Shown here: one piece after another, positions 31,829-35,439 of the stretch
How the letters are laid out: each line of letters begins with the position of its first letter
Position numbering within the stretch: position 1 is the first letter of the stretch
Assembly (NCBI GenBank): GCA_027366195.1
Contig: DAHXKW010000146.1
Span: 1-35,439, forward strand
Origin: Alphaproteobacteria bacterium
Lineage (GTDB): Bacteria; Pseudomonadota; Alphaproteobacteria; G02398745; G023898745
Length of the DNA: 35,439 bases
Direction of reading: 5' to 3'
Translations under genes and position numbers: made by a program
Notes under the pieces: generated by a model
Told to the model about the DNA's origin: nothing
Seen by the model: the letters and a program-made list of their open reading frames with translations, nothing else
The model's database searches: none

Positions 31829-33576
31829 ATTATTTTCGCCAAAGTTGGACTGATACCTCTAACTAATTGTAAATCATCTATGCCCGCAGAGGCCAGTGAT
31901 TTTACACTGCCAAAGTGTTGAATTAGTTTTTTTTTGCGTCCAGGGCCAATACCTGGGATATCATCAAGACGAGATACAGTTCCTATATCACGTTTTTTTT
32001 TATGTGTAGAAATAGCAAAACGATGTGCTTCATCTCGCAATCTCTGCAAGAAATACCGAACAGGAGATTGGTCATCCAATATCATTTCTGTTGAATCATT
32101 TACATAGAAACGTTCATGTCCGTCATTTCTTTTTTCCCCTTTAGCGATGCCGACGATGGTAATGTTCAGGTTTAATTCATTTAAAATGCCTTGTATTGCA
32201 GTTATTTGTCCTTTGCCGCCATCCACTAAAATAAGATCAGGGTAAGGCCATTCTTTATGCTGTAACCGTCTGCGAAGTACTTGACGCATCATAGCGTAAT
32301 CGTCACCTTTCGTAATATTTCGCAATTGGAACTTTCGAAAAAGAGATTTTATGATACCTGCAGGAGTTGCAGCCACCATAACGCCATAAGCGTGGATGCC
32401 TTGTGTGTGGCTATTATCATAACATTCTATTCTGTTAATCTGGCAGGCAAGTTGTCTTGATAATTCTTGGAAAACGTATTCTGTTTGTTCTTCGATCTTC
32501 CCAATATTTTTTTGTACTAGTTTCATAAGCTGATGGCTGTTATCGACAATTTGAATATTTGGAGGGCATTTATATTTTTCTTCAAGATACTGTTTTACAA
32601 GTTGAACATCGGACGGTTCTTTATTGACAACTATTTTTTGTGGTATTGGGTATTTATCGTAGAACTGCAGCAAAAAAGAAGACATGCCTTCGGCAAGTTC
32701 TGAAAATTCTGAATGATCTAGCTGAATGGATTGGTGTCCAAGGTCTCGGCCATAACGAATTAACAGAATTTCTATGAAAAGTCGTTCTTGGTAACTATGG
32801 ATGTAAATAAGATCAGCTTCTTCTATGTTCAAGGTTTGCTTTGTTTTAAGGTGGCTGAGTAGCTTTAGTTTGTCACGATATTGGGCAGCTCCCTCAAATT
32901 CAAGGGCATCACTGTGCTTATTCATCTTATCTGTAAGATACTGTTGAACATCACTTGTTTTGCCTTCTAGAAATTTTTTGGCCTGGAGGACTGTTGTCAT
33001 GTATTCTTTTTCATCGATATATTTTACGCAAGGGGCTGAACAACGCTTGATAAAATACTGCAAGCAAGGCCTAGATCTATTGCTAAATTCATAATCGCTA
33101 CAATTACGCAAGCGAAAGATTTTTTGCAAGTAAGTCAAAGTCATATCAGCAGCTATACCAAAAGGATAGGGGCCAAAATAGTAGGCGTCGTCTGAGCGCG
33201 TGCCGCGAAATTTTATGAGGCGTGGAAAAGGATGATTTTTGGATACTTGTAGATAGGCATAGCTTTTGTCGTCGCGCATTAAAATGTTAAAAGGCGGTCT
33301 CAGTGTTTTAATAAGGTGGCATTCTAAGATAAGAGCTTCCATTTCATTATTTGTAACGATATGATCCACAGAAGAAATCTGTGTGATCATTCTTTTTATT
33401 CTGTTAGATAGATTGTTGATTTGTGTATATTGATTGACGCGATTAACTAGATTCTTAGCTTTTCCTACATAAAGGATCTCTCCTTTTGTATTAAGCATTT
33501 TATAGACACCGGGTTTTTTAGGTAGAAAAGGGATGGTTTTTTTTAGGATTGTAATGCCAGTTTCTAATAGCTGCAT
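31804..33576 (-). CDS. uvrC: Excinuclease ABC subunit C
   Basis: It has the GIY-YIG N-terminus (PGVYKMLNTKGEILYVGKAKNLVNRV), a UVR domain, an RNase H-like endonuclease domain and a C-terminal (HhH)2 (IPGIGPGRKKKLIQHFGS). Confidence 0.95.
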   Translation of the reverse strand: MQLLETGITILKKTIPFLPKKPGVYKMLNTKGEILYVGKAKNLVNRVNQYTQINNLSNRIKRMITQISSVDHIVTNNEMEALILECHLIKTLRPPFNILMRDDKSYAYLQVSKNHPFPRLIKFRGTRSDDAYYFGPYPFGIAADMTLTYLQKIFRLRNCSDYEFSNRSRPCLQYFIKRCSAPCVKYIDEKEYMTTVLQAKKFLEGKTSDVQQYLTDKMNKHSDALEFEGAAQYRDKLKLLSHLKTKQTLNIEEADLIYIHSYQERLFIEILLIRYGRDLGHQSIQLDHSEFSELAEGMSSFLLQFYDKYPIPQKIVVNKEPSDVQLVKQYLEEKYKCPPNIQIVDNSHQLMKLVQKNIGKIEEQTEYVFQELSRQLACQINRIECYDNSHTQGIHAYGVMVAATPAGIIKSLFRKFQLRNITKGDDYAMMRQVLRRRLQHKEWPYPDLILVDGGKGQITAIQGILNELNLNITIVGIAKGEKRNDGHERFYVNDSTEMILDDQSPVRYFLQRLRDEAHRFAISTHKKKRDIGTVSRLDDIPGIGPGRKKKLIQHFGSVKSLASAGIDDLQLVRGISPTLAKIIWQFFNDK

Positions 33577-33906
33577 TTATTTCTGATTGGGTTTGCCAGT
33601 GCCAAAAGCAATATTTTTTTCTGTGATAAGGCGTTTGACTATTTTGTGGGCAGCTTCATCCCATTTTTTATAATCATCATAAGAGATAGCTTGTAATTGA
33701 ACAGCAAGTTTCAAAAGCCCCCTCATATCATCAGAAAGCAAAATAGCATCAGTTAAGGCGTGTTTCTGCATTTTGTGATTTTTATGCCTTTGATAATTAA
33801 GGTAAATACCTAAAGCTGTATCTTGTAATTGTTTGAATAGTCTACTATCTGATGTTTGTTTCCAAACAGATTCGGTCAGTTGATAGATGTCGTCGTTTAG
33901 GTTCAT
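33577..33906 (-). CDS. Hypothetical helical protein (109 aa), possibly four-helix-bundle (23S rRNA IVS protein/Avd-like)
   Basis: The ORF ends one nucleotide before the uvrC ATG. Its predicted all-helical pattern and segment order loosely resemble the four-helix-bundle family. This is a weak, by-eye call. Confidence 0.5.
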   Translation of the reverse strand: MNLNDDIYQLTESVWKQTSDSRLFKQLQDTALGIYLNYQRHKNHKMQKHALTDAILLSDDMRGLLKLAVQLQAISYDDYKKWDEAAHKIVKRLITEKNIAFGTGKPNQK

Positions 33907-34010
33907 TATTTTTTGATGCTTGTGTCCAGTAACTCGATCATATCATGTATAGTTCTGGGTTTAAATCGTGATATAGTAAGCCTAAGTGGCAGGGAAATAT
34001 ATTGTTACAC

Positions 34011-34397
34011 ATGGCATATAGTAACAAAGTTGTTGACCATTTTGAGAATCCTCGTAACGTTGGAAAATTAGATAAAAATTCTAAAAACGTTGGCGCTGGG
34101 CTTGTAGGCGCGCCGTCCTGTGGTGACGTAATGTGCCTTTATATTGAAGTGGAAGATGATATTATTAAAGATGCAAAATTTCAGACCTTTGGGTGTGGTT
34201 CGGCTATTGCTTCATCTTCTTTTGCAACTGAGCTGATTAAGAATAAAAGTTTAAATGATGCTTTAAGTATTAATAACACAGCTATAGCACGTGAATTGGA
34301 GTTGCCTCCTGTAAAGTTGCACTGCTCTTTATTGGCCGAAGATGCCATCCGGGCAGCTGTTGCTGACTATCAAAAGAAGCAAGCAGCTGTGAACTAA
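34011..34397 (+). CDS. iscU: Fe-S cluster assembly scaffold IscU
   Basis: MAYSNKVVDHFENPRNVG...GAPSCGDVM...FQTFGCGSAIASSS...LPPVKLHCSLLAEDA contains the three conserved Cys and the LPPVK motif of IscU. I prefer the ATG at 34011 over the track's TTG at 34002. Confidence 0.92.
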   Translation: MAYSNKVVDHFENPRNVGKLDKNSKNVGAGLVGAPSCGDVMCLYIEVEDDIIKDAKFQTFGCGSAIASSSFATELIKNKSLNDALSINNTAIARELELPPVKLHCSLLAEDAIRAAVADYQKKQAAVN

Positions 34398-35045
34398 ATG
34401 TCAAAAGATATTACGCTGTCTGCTAAAAATCTATCGAAGTCAATAGAGGGAACCTCTATATTAAGAGATATTTCATTAGACTTGCATGCAGGTGAAGCTG
34501 TTGCTTTGGTGGGGCCTTCGGGGGTGGGAAAGACAACTCTTCTTCATCTTCTTGGATTGCTTGATGAGCCAACAACAGGTTCAATCTACATTTTTGGAAA
34601 AGACACGCAAGGTTTGTCTGAAAAAGAACGAACCGAACTGCGGCGTGATAGCATGGGATTTGTTTATCAGTTTCATCATTTGCTTCCCAATTTTAGTGCG
34701 CTGGAAAATGTAGCTTTACCACTTTTAATTCAGGGTAAGAGCAGAAAAGCGGCTTATGCTGAAGCTGAAAAAATACTTAAAGAAGTAGGTCTTGAACATC
34801 GTTTGGCACACAGAAGCCATCAGCTGTCAGGAGGGGAACAACAACGCGTTGCCATTGCAAGGGCAATTGTTCACAAGCCTAAAATTTTGTTGGCTGATGA
34901 ACCAACAGGTAATCTAGATAGTAAAAATTCTCAGCATATTTTTGACATGTTGGTTGGTATTGTTAAAAAAAGAAAAATAGCAGCGCTGGTGGCGACCCAT
35001 AATGAGGTGTTAGCAAGACAGCTTGACCGAATTGTTACTTTATAA
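34398..35045 (+). CDS. lolD: Lipoprotein-releasing system ATP-binding protein LolD-like ABC ATPase
   Basis: Walker A GPSGVGKTT, signature LSGGEQQRVAIARA and Walker B ILLADEPTGNLD, with the LolD/MacB-subfamily Q-loop region (GFVYQFHHLLPNFSALENV). Its ATG immediately follows the iscU TAA. Confidence 0.82.
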   Translation: MSKDITLSAKNLSKSIEGTSILRDISLDLHAGEAVALVGPSGVGKTTLLHLLGLLDEPTTGSIYIFGKDTQGLSEKERTELRRDSMGFVYQFHHLLPNFSALENVALPLLIQGKSRKAAYAEAEKILKEVGLEHRLAHRSHQLSGGEQQRVAIARAIVHKPKILLADEPTGNLDSKNSQHIFDMLVGIVKKRKIAALVATHNEVLARQLDRIVTL

Positions 35046-35047
35046 CC

Positions 35048-35419
35048 TTATTCCCGTTCAAACATTTCCAAATATAGATATTGGCCTAAAATTTCTTCCA
35101 AATCAAAGCTATGGTTATTATCTAAAATTTCAAAATCATCTGTAATTTCAAAAAACGCTTCTTGTGTTTGTGAAGTTAGTAGGAACAAGACAATAGGTTC
35201 AGATATGGCTATTGTTTCGCCATTTAGTATCATCGTGCTTTTATAATTACCCTTCAAAACAAAATAATCTTTTTCCGAATTTAATTCGAACTCACCAGAA
35301 AGATCAATGACTTGATCAAAATCAAAGCGCTGGGCTAATTGATCACAGATTTCTTTAGATGCTGTATAGCATATTTTTTCAGGAATTTTGCTTTCATACA
35401 CATTAATAAAACAAGGCAT
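35048..35419 (-). CDS. Hypothetical acidic protein, possibly DUF177/YceD-like
   Basis: A 123 aa ORF. The layout (an early Cys-containing segment and an acidic C-terminus with FDLEEILGQYLYLEM) resembles the C-terminal 'idLeellreelllalP' of DUF177. This is a weak assignment. Confidence 0.45.
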   Translation of the reverse strand: MPCFINVYESKIPEKICYTASKEICDQLAQRFDFDQVIDLSGEFELNSEKDYFVLKGNYKSTMILNGETIAISEPIVLFLLTSQTQEAFFEITDDFEILDNNHSFDLEEILGQYLYLEMFERE

Positions 35420-35439
35420 GTTTTCTAGTCTTTTGATTA

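Noticed and set aside
1-35439. CRISPR arrays, tRNA/rRNA genes, transposases, integrases and prophage structural genes
   Set aside because: By eye I found no regularly spaced direct repeats, no cloverleaf-compatible intergenic segments (intergenic regions are short and AT-rich), and no recombinase-like ORFs. tRNAscan-SE, Infernal and ISfinder would be the formal checks.

Overview
AT-rich, tightly packed 35.4 kb bacterial chromosomal window. Many genes share stop/start overlaps of the TAATG, ATGA or TTGA kind. It is most likely from an alphaproteobacterium: it has a PopZ/DUF2497-type gene with the N-terminal MEEILASIR motif and the uvrC-pgsA adjacency. A reduced or host-associated lineage is my inference from the compactness, the palindromic repeat elements and several shortened proteins. 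The housekeeping backbone is leuS, yajC, aminopeptidase P, sugE, rpe, ppx/gppA, ogt, lolC/E, pepF, an ABC-F ATPase, a COG2984-type ABC importer, lipA, pgsA, uvrC, iscU and lolD. No rRNA, tRNA or CRISPR array was seen. Four accessory or unusual parts stand out. (1) At 4668-10037, four tandem, translationally coupled, diverged paralogs (443-458 aa) combine an N-terminal helical module with a GT-A/GT8-like DxD nucleotide-sugar transferase core and a conserved C-terminal FR(V/T)(W/F/Y)PW.DK motif. I consider this the best candidate for an undescribed system. (2) At 128-2081, a roughly 1 kb unit is duplicated in tandem: a PopZ-like gene, a small two-TM protein with a Cys-rich tail, a conserved promoter/leader and a double-hairpin MITE-like element. 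The second PopZ copy is decayed, while both Cys-rich genes are intact. (3) At 18125-19570, two vapBC toxin-antitoxin cassettes are each bounded by a roughly 50 bp direct repeat that copies the 3' end of the adjacent MerR/TipA-like gene. (4) A close homolog of plant-type GDP-mannose 3,5-epimerase and a standalone PKS-dehydratase-like double-hotdog ORF coupled to lipA. Every functional call comes from motif recognition by eye. No searches were run.
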